From assembly GCA_034431995.1 (NCBI GenBank), contig DAOUCN010000125.1, positions 1-51,064 of the forward strand: a stretch of 51,064 nucleotides of DNA, given 5' to 3'. Shown here in pieces: positions 42,461 through 50,385 of the stretch (within the stretch, counting starts at the first letter, position 1; each line of letters opens with the position of its first letter). This DNA comes from Chloroflexota bacterium (lineage in GTDB: Bacteria; Chloroflexota; DTOL01; DAOUCN01). Position numbers and translations under genes: made by a program. The notes below the pieces were generated by a model. That model was not told the origin of the DNA, ran no database searches, and saw only the letters and a program-made list of their open reading frames with translations.

Positions 42461-42883
42461 TCAGGGGGTGTTGGTCGGGGTGGCCGTCGGCGTCTCGGTC
42501 GGCGTGGCCGTCGGGGTAGACGTGCGAACGTAGGCCTCGTCCACCGACAGGATCGCCCCGTCGGCGCTCATGCAGTAGAGTTCCTGGTCGGGGTACTTGC
42601 AGATCACTCGGCCGCTGCCGGCCGAGTAGCGGAAGCCCGAGCCCGTGCCGGGGGTCACCGACAGGAGCGCCGAGGTGTAGCCGCAGTAGGCGGCTCCAGC
42701 GGCATCGCTGTCTACCTGGATGGCCAGTTCCTCGCGGCCCGACTTCTGGCCGATGGCCTGCGGGGTGGCCGACAAGATGACCCGCGACGCGACCCGAAGA
42801 GACGAGACCTGTGCCGCGAACCCGGCAGCCGCCAGGACCAGGACGGTCGCGGCAACGAGAAGATGGAATCCATGCTTCGTCAT
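42461..42883 (-). CDS. Secreted protein with a C-terminal TPT repeat tail (140 aa)
   Basis: ORF 42461..42949 trimmed to the ATG at 42883. MTKHGFHLLVAATVLVLAAAGFAAQ; C-terminus TPTATPTETPTATPTNTP. Confidence 0.65.
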   Translation of the reverse strand: MTKHGFHLLVAATVLVLAAAGFAAQVSSLRVASRVILSATPQAIGQKSGREELAIQVDSDAAGAAYCGYTSALLSVTPGTGSGFRYSAGSGRVICKYPDQELYCMSADGAILSVDEAYVRTSTPTATPTETPTATPTNTP

Positions 42884-42890
42884 GACTGCC

Positions 42891-43163
42891 TCACTCGTGC
42901 TGCAAGAGGATCGTGCCGCCGGTCGGGATCGACGTGACGACCACGCCATCGACCCAGCCGACTAGGTCCTCGGAACGGGTCTCGTTGGCGTTCATGGCGC
43001 CGGAGTTGTAGATCACCTCGCCGTCGCTGTTGGTCAATTCGAAGTTCCCGCTGTTGGTGGTCGTGTAGCAGAAGATCCCGCCGCACAACTTGATCTTGTC
43101 CGGCCAGGTGTCCGCCTGCGCGGTCATCTGGAGCATCCCGTTGCCGAGTACCGAAACTGCCAT
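42891..43163 (-). CDS. Hypothetical protein (90 aa)
   Basis: ORF 42891..43235 trimmed to the ATG at 43163 (TGATG coupling). Confidence 0.55.
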   Translation of the reverse strand: MAVSVLGNGMLQMTAQADTWPDKIKLCGGIFCYTTTNSGNFELTNSDGEVIYNSGAMNANETRSEDLVGWVDGVVVTSIPTGGTILLQHE

Positions 43164-43327
43164 CAGTGGGTCTCCTTCGCCTTCTGCTGCTCGGTCAGCA
43201 TCCCGTTTACGGCAGCAGTGATCTGGCTGCGCCAAGCGTACCAGGTCCGTACCTCACCGACAAGCACAACAAAGGCCAAGGCAACGAGGATGCCCGCGCC
43301 AAAGGCCAGCGTTCGATGGAACCACAT
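43163..43327 (-). CDS. Small single-pass membrane protein (54 aa, MWFHRTLAFGAGILVALAFVVLVGEV...)
   Basis: Translated by hand; RBS AGGAGG 4 nt before the ATG at 43327. Confidence 0.5.
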   Translation of the reverse strand: MWFHRTLAFGAGILVALAFVVLVGEVRTWYAWRSQITAAVNGMLTEQQKAKETH

Positions 43328-43335
43328 GGAACCTC

Positions 43336-45306
43336 CTAGTTGTTCGAGGACGCGATCTCGATCCAGTAGCCCAAGTCCTGAGCAAAGTAGAGGGTCAGGC
43401 TGTCCCCTGTCCCCAGCGTCTTGTTGATGCTGCCGTTCAGCTTCACATTGGACCCTGCGAGCGAGGACTCGTCTTGAATCACGATGGAATCGGCGTTGTC
43501 CACGTTGACCAGGATCAGGAACCGCGCCTTGCCGCCCGTGATGCCGGCATCGTCCGGGTCCGCGATGGTCGGGATAGACGTCAGGGTCAACGTCCCACCA
43601 GTCGAGTTCGTCAGGGCCTTGGCCGTCGTGTCGGAGCCGATGACCGCCGAGGCGCCCGCCAGGTTCTGGGCCGTTGCCGGGAAGACCGTCGGGCTCTCGT
43701 TCGAGATGCCGACGATGTTGGTCCCAGTCAGGACCGGGATGCGGAGGCCTACGTCGTCTACGATGGTCCCGGCCCCGCCATTCGCGCCCACGTCGAACGC
43801 ACGGCGCGTGTTGACCGTGGCACCCGCATCGACCTGAATGCCCGCCGAGTAGCTGTAGAGCGTCCCGATGGTCAGGGTGCCAGCGGTGGTGCCGAAGGTC
43901 GGGCTGGTGTCGAAACTCTTCCAGAGGGTGATCGTCGAGTTGGCGTCGGTCGTGACCGTCGAATCATCGACGAACGTGCTGATCGAGCTCCAGGTCCGCG
44001 ACTCTCCGGTCTGGTTGGTGATCGTCAAGCTGTTCTGGAAGAGCTCGATGGTGCCGTTGTCGTCGTTCCACTGGGTCGATCCGAGCAACACGAAGCCCGC
44101 GAACAGCCCGTTGGCCGCGCTGATGACCACGCTGTCCGAGAAGATGCTCATGACCCCATCGTACGCCGGAACGCCGCCCGTGACCGTGGCCCCACCTGCG
44201 AAGTAGGTGGTCTGCCCCTCCATGTTGACGTCCTCGAAGTAAGACGCGGGGACGGACGCGCCCGAAGCGCCCAAGTTGCCGCCGTCCGAGATCAGGGCGC
44301 CGGTCTCGCCGTTTAGGTGCCACTGAGTCATGCAGCTATTAACCGCCGATCCCGTCGATCCAGATGGGCACGACTGAAACTGGATGTTGCCCCCAGTCCC
44401 GGCACCCGTTCCGGCGCCACCGCGCAGCTGAAGTGGTCCCGCATTCTTGTCGGTCCCTCCAGACAGGTCGGACGCCCGCACCATGCCCGCGACAGACTCG
44501 CTGGTCGTGGCGCAGCCGTGGCCGACGCAGACGTTCTGGATGGGATGGATCGAACTCCCGATGCCGATCTTGTTGCTGCTGGACTCCGAGCACTGGTCCC
44601 CGATGCAGTTGCCGCCATTGGTGCAGTTCGCGCCCCGGCCGATGCAGATCGGGCTGGTGCCCGTGCAGCCCAGGTTCAGTGCGCCGAGGCAGACACCGCC
44701 CGTCGCGGTTGCGATGCCCAGGTAGGTCTGACCCAGCTGAACGGTCTGGTCGCCAGTGACCGTGCATTCGCTTCCGACGCACGCTGAGACCGAACCAGTG
44801 ATGGTACAGAGATCACCCACACAGGCGCCTTGCGCGGTCGAACACGACGAGCCATAGCCGACAGTGGTGCAGTTTGCGGCCGTCGAGGACGCACTCTTGC
44901 CGATGGCGATGCTCTGCAAGGCGGCGGCCGATGCCCCGTGCCCGACTGCAACGGAACTGACGCCATCCGCCGCCGCACCCGTCCCAACGAGTGAACTGTT
45001 CAGGCCCGCGCCCGGGCACGAGCAGTCCGTGGCGACGACGCCCGTGACGATGGGCTCGAAGGCCCCGCCGTTGACCGAGGCGACCAGCTGATCGGCTACG
45101 GCATCGCACTGGATGGCGCAGCGATTGGCCAATGCCGGGGTCGGGGTCGCAGAGACGCCCTTCAGGTTGACCTGAACACGGTCGCCGTCCTTGTCCTTCT
45201 CGCCTGCCAGCTTCGTCTCGGCCAGGGAAGAGTCGAACTCGCCCGCGTGCTGCGCGCACGCCATCGTGGGCAGCAAGAGAGCCAGGGCTAGGATCAGACG
45301 CTTCAT
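43336..45306 (-). CDS. Secreted or lipoprotein-like Cys-rich fibre/adhesin protein with YadA-head-like (Hep_Hag-like) repeats (656 aa)
   Basis: MKRLILALALLLPTMACAQ. Repeats SVAVGHGASA / SIAIGKSASS / TTVGYGSS. About 25 Cys. Confidence 0.75.
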   Translation of the reverse strand: MKRLILALALLLPTMACAQHAGEFDSSLAETKLAGEKDKDGDRVQVNLKGVSATPTPALANRCAIQCDAVADQLVASVNGGAFEPIVTGVVATDCSCPGAGLNSSLVGTGAAADGVSSVAVGHGASAAALQSIAIGKSASSTAANCTTVGYGSSCSTAQGACVGDLCTITGSVSACVGSECTVTGDQTVQLGQTYLGIATATGGVCLGALNLGCTGTSPICIGRGANCTNGGNCIGDQCSESSSNKIGIGSSIHPIQNVCVGHGCATTSESVAGMVRASDLSGGTDKNAGPLQLRGGAGTGAGTGGNIQFQSCPSGSTGSAVNSCMTQWHLNGETGALISDGGNLGASGASVPASYFEDVNMEGQTTYFAGGATVTGGVPAYDGVMSIFSDSVVISAANGLFAGFVLLGSTQWNDDNGTIELFQNSLTITNQTGESRTWSSISTFVDDSTVTTDANSTITLWKSFDTSPTFGTTAGTLTIGTLYSYSAGIQVDAGATVNTRRAFDVGANGGAGTIVDDVGLRIPVLTGTNIVGISNESPTVFPATAQNLAGASAVIGSDTTAKALTNSTGGTLTLTSIPTIADPDDAGITGGKARFLILVNVDNADSIVIQDESSLAGSNVKLNGSINKTLGTGDSLTLYFAQDLGYWIEIASSNN

Positions 45307-45671
45307 GCAAAGTCCTCACGAACGTAGGCATAGACGTAGTGCCGGCTGTCAGGCTGCGAATCGACGTGCGCGGACAGCTTGAACTTGACGTAGGGGGCCT
45401 TGAAGTCCGGCGGATAGAGCACCTGCCACTGTTCGGAGACGACGTTGGTGCAGAGATCGTCGTTGGCAGCCCAGTCCTGGAACTGATCCTCCTGGATGCC
45501 GCCGGCCCACTCCAGGGTGTACTTCGGCGTGCCTTCCACGGACGTCGCCTTGCACCAGATCGACTCAATCCGGACGTAGTCCCGCATCTTGATGATGCCG
45601 GAGATCTCGTAGTAGTTCGGCGTCACCAGCTGGTTGTCGAACAGCTTCATGATGACCAGATTCTGCGGCAT
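45303..45671 (-). CDS. Hypothetical protein (122 aa)
   Basis: ORF 45303..45686 trimmed to the ATG at 45671 (TGATG coupling); ATGA coupling downstream. Confidence 0.65.
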   Translation of the reverse strand: MPQNLVIMKLFDNQLVTPNYYEISGIIKMRDYVRIESIWCKATSVEGTPKYTLEWAGGIQEDQFQDWAANDDLCTNVVSEQWQVLYPPDFKAPYVKFKLSAHVDSQPDSRHYVYAYVREDFA

Positions 45672-46990
45672 CAGAGGGTCTCCCATCCGGTCTCGTCGCG
45701 GATTTGGGCGATCCGGTCCCGTCCAACGAGGTATTCCCCCTCGAAGAAGGTCCGGCCATCCCAGATGTGACTCAGTTTCACGTCAAAGGCTCCAGTCTTC
45801 TGGTCCGACCGTACCATGCCGAAGCCCTGCTGCCAATTCTGGAGTGCGTTGACGCCCGGAACGAACCCATCGAGGCGGCAGATGCACCCGGGCGAGTACC
45901 CCACGTACTGAGAAGCGCCCTGATGGTCGTGCAGGGTGCGGGACGCCTCCCCAACACGGTGGATGTGGCCCATCATGAAGCTGAATCGGACCGTTTCGAG
46001 CACCGATTCGAGGGTCTGCTGGGTCTTGGGGCGGTGTTTGTCGCCGTGGATGAAGGCGAAGTGGGGCGTCAGCCAGTAGATGTTGTCCGGATAGCCCCCA
46101 ACGTAGGTCACGCCGAGGCTCTTGAGGTCGATCATCCCCGGCACGGAGAGGAGTTTCTCGTTCTCGTTGAACGGGGAGAGCAGCGCGGAGTAGGGCAGGG
46201 CCACGCTGGCGGCCAGATCCCATAGTCGGCGCTCGTGGTTGCCTTCCAGGTAGACGATCTCAGCGTCCGGCGACGCGATCCGTAGCTGCGCGAGCCACCA
46301 ACCGAGCTCTCGGAGGGCTGGCTGAAGGGTAAAGAAGTGCTCCGGACGTCGGCGGTACTTGATAGTGAACTCGGTGACGTCCACCATGTCCCCCAGGAGG
46401 ACGATCTTGGTCGGCCGGGTGCGCTCCGCGACCTGGACACAGACGTCCCAGGCCCGTCGGTCGTGCATCGGGGTCAGACGCCCGGTCTTCAGGTCCCGCT
46501 CGTAGCCGTTCTGCGAGTCCGGGATGACGAGCGTGACGTCTTGACTCTTCGGCGCTTCGCGCCTCAGAGGGCTTGGGGTTTGAGCATTCCGACGGATGAT
46601 GAAGGTGACCGGCTTCGGGGTCTCGGGGGCGGCGGCAGCGCGGACGAACCAGACCTTGATCTGGTAGGCGGGGCTCCCGTCGGCCAGGGTCCAGTTGTTC
46701 CCGAGCCAGTGATCGACCGTCCAGACGGCCGGATCGACCTTCAGGAGGGCAAGGAAGTCCTCCAGGGTCGGCGGCGACGTGACGAACGTGCCGGTGGCGT
46801 AAGCAACGTGACCGTCCTGCTCGAATGACGGCGTACGGTTGACTTCGGGTTTGCGGGCACCCGACGCCCGCCAGGCCGCCTTCTGTCGAGACCGGCACCG
46901 ACGGTGCTGGTTCCGAGTGGGCTGGCCCGAACCGGGGTGGATGGGTTCTTTGCAGATCGAGCAGATACCCGCCGGGGTCACGGCGGGCAT
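45671..46990 (-). CDS. Calcineurin-like metallophosphoesterase with an extra N-terminal domain (439 aa)
   Basis: Motifs VIPDSQ, LLGDMVD, EGNHE, FIHGD and MGHIH in canonical order. Element copy i sits in frame in the inter-domain linker. Confidence 0.75.
   Translation of the reverse strand: MPAVTPAGICSICKEPIHPGSGQPTRNQHRRCRSRQKAAWRASGARKPEVNRTPSFEQDGHVAYATGTFVTSPPTLEDFLALLKVDPAVWTVDHWLGNNWTLADGSPAYQIKVWFVRAAAAPETPKPVTFIIRRNAQTPSPLRREAPKSQDVTLVIPDSQNGYERDLKTGRLTPMHDRRAWDVCVQVAERTRPTKIVLLGDMVDVTEFTIKYRRRPEHFFTLQPALRELGWWLAQLRIASPDAEIVYLEGNHERRLWDLAASVALPYSALLSPFNENEKLLSVPGMIDLKSLGVTYVGGYPDNIYWLTPHFAFIHGDKHRPKTQQTLESVLETVRFSFMMGHIHRVGEASRTLHDHQGASQYVGYSPGCICRLDGFVPGVNALQNWQQGFGMVRSDQKTGAFDVKLSHIWDGRTFFEGEYLVGRDRIAQIRDETGWETL
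46547..46585 (-). repeat. Dispersed bipartite element, copy i (inside the phosphoesterase CDS, in frame)
   Basis: Minus-strand reading GCTCAAACCCCAAGCCCTCTGAGGCGCGAAGCGCCGAAG; hairpin GGCGC-GAA-GCGCC. Encodes ...AQTPSPLRREAPK... Confidence 0.85.
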
Positions 46991-46993
46991 GCG

Positions 46994-47158
46994 TTACTTG
47001 GACGTCGAGCGGTTGATCCCACCACCCTTGGTGGGGTTCCCGCCTCGGCCGCTGATCCCGTAGGTCTTCTTCGGGGTGGCCGCGCCCGACTTGCCCTGCT
47101 TGTGGTTGTTCGTCTCCTTGCTGGAGACGCGCTTCAGGCCGGTGTCGAAGTCACTCAT
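46994..47158 (-). CDS. Small Lys/Gly-rich basic protein (54 aa, MSDFDTGLKRVSSKETNNHKQGKSGAATPKK...)
   Basis: Translated by hand; TGATG coupling to the upstream gene. Confidence 0.4.
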   Translation of the reverse strand: MSDFDTGLKRVSSKETNNHKQGKSGAATPKKTYGISGRGGNPTKGGGINRSTSK

Positions 47159-47499
47159 CACTCAGTCTCCTTCTTGTTCGCTGCGATGGCTCGATCGATC
47201 TTGTGCTCGATCCGTTCTAGCTGTTTGACGACGTGGGGTAGGGCGCCTTGGATCTCTGCGATCTTCTCGCCGTGTGCGGCTCCGGTCTTGGTCAGTTCGT
47301 TGATCGAGTTGTTGACGTTGGTCAGCCATAGCACACAGCCAGAGCTAATCAAAGCAGCAATGATGCCAAGCACCCACTTGAGGGCCGGGTCCATGCTCGG
47401 GGGCGGCGGGAACTCGTGGTTGTGCTCGTCGAGAACAGTCAGACGTTTACCATGCGGCGTGTGCTCGCTACCGTTGAGTGATTCCGCCGTGTCTATCAT
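47158..47499 (-). CDS. Membrane-anchored coiled-coil protein (113 aa)
   Basis: ORF track; TM segment WVLGIIAALISSGCVLWL followed by a helical tail. Confidence 0.6.
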   Translation of the reverse strand: MIDTAESLNGSEHTPHGKRLTVLDEHNHEFPPPPSMDPALKWVLGIIAALISSGCVLWLTNVNNSINELTKTGAAHGEKIAEIQGALPHVVKQLERIEHKIDRAIAANKKETE

Positions 47500-48109
47500 C
47501 CCACTCCCGCATTCGCCGCTCGATGTGTGCCGGTCCCGCTCCTGACTGGCGCAAGTAGCGTGCCAGTGCGTCTCGCTCTGCGTTCTTTAGAGCAGGTGCC
47601 GTCCGTTTGGGCAAGAGGGAACACGCCGAGGCTAGGGCATCGACGAGGTCTACGGTCTGGCCCATCGGGTGGGAGCGGAGCTCAGCCAAGAGCTCGACCT
47701 GGCTATCCTGCACGAACAGGCGGCCCTGCGCTATGATGGGCTGGAGGATCGAGCGGTTGCGGAAGTACTTGTCGATCTTGTTGGACTGCGGGACGCCCTG
47801 GAGGTTCAAGCGCTGGTTGGTGAAGCGGGCCTCGCGCCGGAGGGAGCCGCCGAAGAGGGAAGCCAGGCCGTTCTCCTCGATGCCGAAGATGATGGGCCTG
47901 AACTGGATGTTGATGCGGAAGATGTTCTCGATGATCCGGTCGGTCGAGGCGCGCTCGGCCCAGGTGTTCAGGACGAAGATCCGCTGCAGCCAGTCCTGAC
48001 CGACGGTCACGACGGCGGTGCGGGCGCGGGTCTTCTTCACGGTCTGCTTCCCGCCAGCGGGGTCGCAGAACGAGACGATGTCCGCGAGGCTACTGACGGG
48101 CTGTTCCAT
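47468..48109 (-). CDS. terL: Terminase large subunit, C-terminal RNase-H-like nuclease half as a separate ORF (213 aa)
   Basis: Acidic triad context FCDPAGG, FGIEENG and VDLVDAL in the usual order. Confidence 0.75.
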   Translation of the reverse strand: MEQPVSSLADIVSFCDPAGGKQTVKKTRARTAVVTVGQDWLQRIFVLNTWAERASTDRIIENIFRINIQFRPIIFGIEENGLASLFGGSLRREARFTNQRLNLQGVPQSNKIDKYFRNRSILQPIIAQGRLFVQDSQVELLAELRSHPMGQTVDLVDALASACSLLPKRTAPALKNAERDALARYLRQSGAGPAHIERRMREWDDRHGGITQR

Positions 48110-48392
48110 GTCGTGCGCGGCGGATCACACGCACTCGCCGAATGCAGCCGTGCGGGATGGCGAAGTAGCCGTTGGCCTCGTCGTGGCCGCGTCCAGCATC
48201 GCCCAGGAGGAGCGACAGGACGAGGTCCTTCTTGGTGGAGCCGATGATGTAGCCGGCTGCGCGGCAAGCCTGAGAGGTGGCGCGAGAGGCTTCCCCGCCG
48301 TCGGTCCAGGCGCTGTAGACGGCCGGATCGTCGAACTCGACTTCGATGATGGAGAACTGAGGCAGTTTGGGACCCTTGGTCAGTTTGGTCAT
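48090..48392 (-). CDS. Hypothetical 100-aa ORF nested between the two terminase halves
   Basis: ATGA overlap with the ATPase-half stop and a 20-nt overlap with the nuclease-half start. Protein-like composition. No domain recognised. Confidence 0.5.
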   Translation of the reverse strand: MTKLTKGPKLPQFSIIEVEFDDPAVYSAWTDGGEASRATSQACRAAGYIIGSTKKDLVLSLLLGDAGRGHDEANGYFAIPHGCIRRVRVIRRARHGTARQ

Positions 48393-49543
48393 GCGGACCG
48401 TCCTTTCCGGTGTTTGAAGAACTCGTCTCGTCCCAGTAGACGATCATACGAGTGCTTCGTCAAGCGCTGTCCCCGCAGGGGCTTGTGCTCGGCGGAAGGG
48501 GTAAAACGGGCGCGGTCCTCGGTCAGGGCGTCGAGCGGGGACTCCTCGAAAACCAGTTGATTATCCAGGACTTGGAAGCGACGCAGCAGCGTCATGTCGA
48601 AGTCCACGAGGTCGGGGTCCCCGGCGGAGTTCATGTAGAGGAGGGGAAACATGGTCCGCATCTCGCGCTGCAGGCGCTGCAGGGACTCTAGGGAGAATCG
48701 CTCGGGGAAGATGGGCTTGCCGTCCTCGATGGCCGCGCGACGCATGACCTCGACGGAATCGTCGGTGTCCATCAGCTGCTCGTAGATGTCTCCGATGGCC
48801 CAGCGCGTCCCAGTGATGATCTCCAGGGACTTGTCGGGATCATCCATCAGGGCGCGGCTGGTGGCATGCCAGTCCACGGTAGACTGCATGATGGTGGGGG
48901 AGTTGGCCGACTCCAAGTCGATCAGGTCGTCGAAGTAGTGAACGTTGAAGTGGTAGCCGGCGATGGTGCCGCCCACGCCGATGGTCTCGACCGAGGCCTC
49001 CTTGAAGATCTCCGGACGGGGCAGGAGGATGCGCTCAGCGTTCCAGTATTTGGCCTGGCGCTTCGGCTCGTCCCAAACGCGGTCGGGCCAGAGGGCCTTC
49101 AGAATCTGGTTGCTCTCGTAGACCATCATGATCTCGGAGAGGGTGGAGCGCGAGAGGTCGGCTGTCTTGGAGCCGAGGAGGATGCGGGTCGAGCGGCCAT
49201 CGGAGTGGCCGAGGTTGCCGACGCCGTCGGGGAACCAGACGTTGGCGCCGTCCGGCTGGATCAGCAGGTGAATGACGGCCGCCTTGCAGATGGTCGTCTT
49301 CAGGTGATCGCGGGGCATCAGCAGGAGTTTCCGGTAGGGCGGAACCCTCTGGAGCCAGTTGCAGACGGGGAGATGGAGGGAGGGCGAGAGGAGGCTGTAG
49401 CCCATCACCCCCTTGGCGAAGACGAAGAGGTTCGCCTCAGCCTGCTTCTTGAAGTCCGCGACGAACTGCCCGGCCTGTGTACTACCAGCCTGACGAACCT
49501 GGCCCGTGCGCGCGTCGAGGACCAGTTCCCTGGCGTCCATCAC
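48389..49543 (-). CDS. terL: Terminase large subunit, N-terminal ATPase half (384 aa; start GTG 49543 or ATG 49540)
   Basis: Walker-A-like MPRDHLKTT, Walker B HYFDDLID, coupling motif ITGTRW, and FPERFSLESLQRL...LYMNS. Confidence 0.8.
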   Translation of the reverse strand: MMDARELVLDARTGQVRQAGSTQAGQFVADFKKQAEANLFVFAKGVMGYSLLSPSLHLPVCNWLQRVPPYRKLLLMPRDHLKTTICKAAVIHLLIQPDGANVWFPDGVGNLGHSDGRSTRILLGSKTADLSRSTLSEIMMVYESNQILKALWPDRVWDEPKRQAKYWNAERILLPRPEIFKEASVETIGVGGTIAGYHFNVHYFDDLIDLESANSPTIMQSTVDWHATSRALMDDPDKSLEIITGTRWAIGDIYEQLMDTDDSVEVMRRAAIEDGKPIFPERFSLESLQRLQREMRTMFPLLYMNSAGDPDLVDFDMTLLRRFQVLDNQLVFEESPLDALTEDRARFTPSAEHKPLRGQRLTKHSYDRLLGRDEFFKHRKGRSA

Positions 49544-49632
49544 TCCCAGTCATCCAGGAAGAACCCCCAGATGCCGAGGCCCACGATCGTGACGACGCAG
49601 CCGACGAACAGCCCGAGCAGGAACATCGCCAT
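49540..49632 (-). CDS. Small membrane peptide (30 aa, MAMFLLGLFVGCVVTIVGLGIWGFFLDDWE)
   Basis: Translated by hand; TGATG coupling at both ends, between the small and large terminase genes. Confidence 0.45.
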   Translation of the reverse strand: MAMFLLGLFVGCVVTIVGLGIWGFFLDDWE

Positions 49633-50180
49633 CAGACCTCCTCCGCTTCTGCCGCTTCCTTCTCAGCCAGGAAGGTGGCGAACTCGTCTACGTTGGCCAG
49701 GGGAACGGTCTCGAACTCCGCGTCGATGACCGGGACGGGCTTGCCGCTGGCCTGGGCCACGGCGGTGACCATCGCCTGCAGGGAGCGCTCGTCCAGGGAA
49801 ATGTGGATGGTCTTCTCCTCGGACTTGTGCTCGACCTTGGGGTAGAGACGGTCCACGTCGGTGGAGATGTCACGGGCCGCCTGGAGGCGAATGGAGTCCA
49901 TCGCCTTGTCGTTGTCCCGGAGGTTGACCTTGAACTCGAAGTTCTTGATGACCTCCTGGCGGATGCGCTCCAGGAAGTCCGCGAAGGTCATGTCGTGCAG
50001 GGAGCTCCGGAGCTCGTTCAGCTGCGCGACGAACAGGGGGGAGTTGATGATGGTGGAGACGCGGTTCGCGTGGTAGCCCAGGGCGTCCGCGATGTCCTTG
50101 GTGCGCTTGCCGGCGAGCACCATGTAGAGCATCAGCTGATGCCTCTGGTTCACCCGAGCAATCTTATTCGCGCCTGACAT
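49632..50180 (-). CDS. Small-terminase-like HTH protein (182 aa)
   Basis: ORF 49632..50249 trimmed to the ATG at 50180. HTH-like GKRTKDIADALGYHANRVSTI. Lies immediately upstream of terL. Confidence 0.6.
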   Translation of the reverse strand: MSGANKIARVNQRHQLMLYMVLAGKRTKDIADALGYHANRVSTIINSPLFVAQLNELRSSLHDMTFADFLERIRQEVIKNFEFKVNLRDNDKAMDSIRLQAARDISTDVDRLYPKVEHKSEEKTIHISLDERSLQAMVTAVAQASGKPVPVIDAEFETVPLANVDEFATFLAEKEAAEAEEV

Positions 50181-50195
50181 GTGCCCCCGATAGTA

Positions 50196-50242
50196 CAAGG
50201 CGGCCGGACTTACCTCCCAGTAAGAGGGGGCCGACCGCCTTG
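50196..50242 (-). promoter_or_regulatory. Structured leader stem-loop between the promoter and the small-terminase start
   Basis: CAAGGCGGCCGG (50196-50207) pairs with CCGACCGCCTTG (50231-50242) at 11 of 12 positions. Inner CTTAC/GTAAG stem. Confidence 0.5.
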
Positions 50243-50243
50243 T

Positions 50244-50260
50244 GCCCAAACCCCAGAGCC
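50244..50260 (+). repeat. Box-only partial copy (k) of the dispersed element
   Basis: GCCCAAACCCCAGAGCC; no adjacent hairpin. Confidence 0.5.
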
Positions 50261-50266
50261 ATCTCC

Positions 50267-50295
50267 ATTCTAGCGAACGTGAGACTCGGTGTCAA
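50267..50295 (-). promoter_or_regulatory. Near-consensus sigma70-type promoter reading leftward into the terminase operon
   Basis: Minus strand: TTGACA (50295-50290), 17-nt spacer, TAGAAT (50272-50267). Confidence 0.65.
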
Positions 50296-50385
50296 GCGGT
50301 TCCGCGTCGCGGCGGAAGAGAAAGACGAGATCGACGGCGTGGCCGTGGTGGCGGAACATCCGGACGAGTTCCCGGCCCTGCTGGA

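Noticed and set aside
40363-45306. A diversity-generating retroelement acting on the Cys-rich fibre or lectin-like genes (as in BPP-1-type podophages).
   Set aside because: I recognised no reverse-transcriptase ORF. I also saw no template/variable repeat pair near the 3' ends of these genes.
47468-49543. An intein interrupting terL.
   Set aside because: The three ORFs are in different frames and separated by stop codons. No intein splice-junction or homing-endonuclease motifs are seen.
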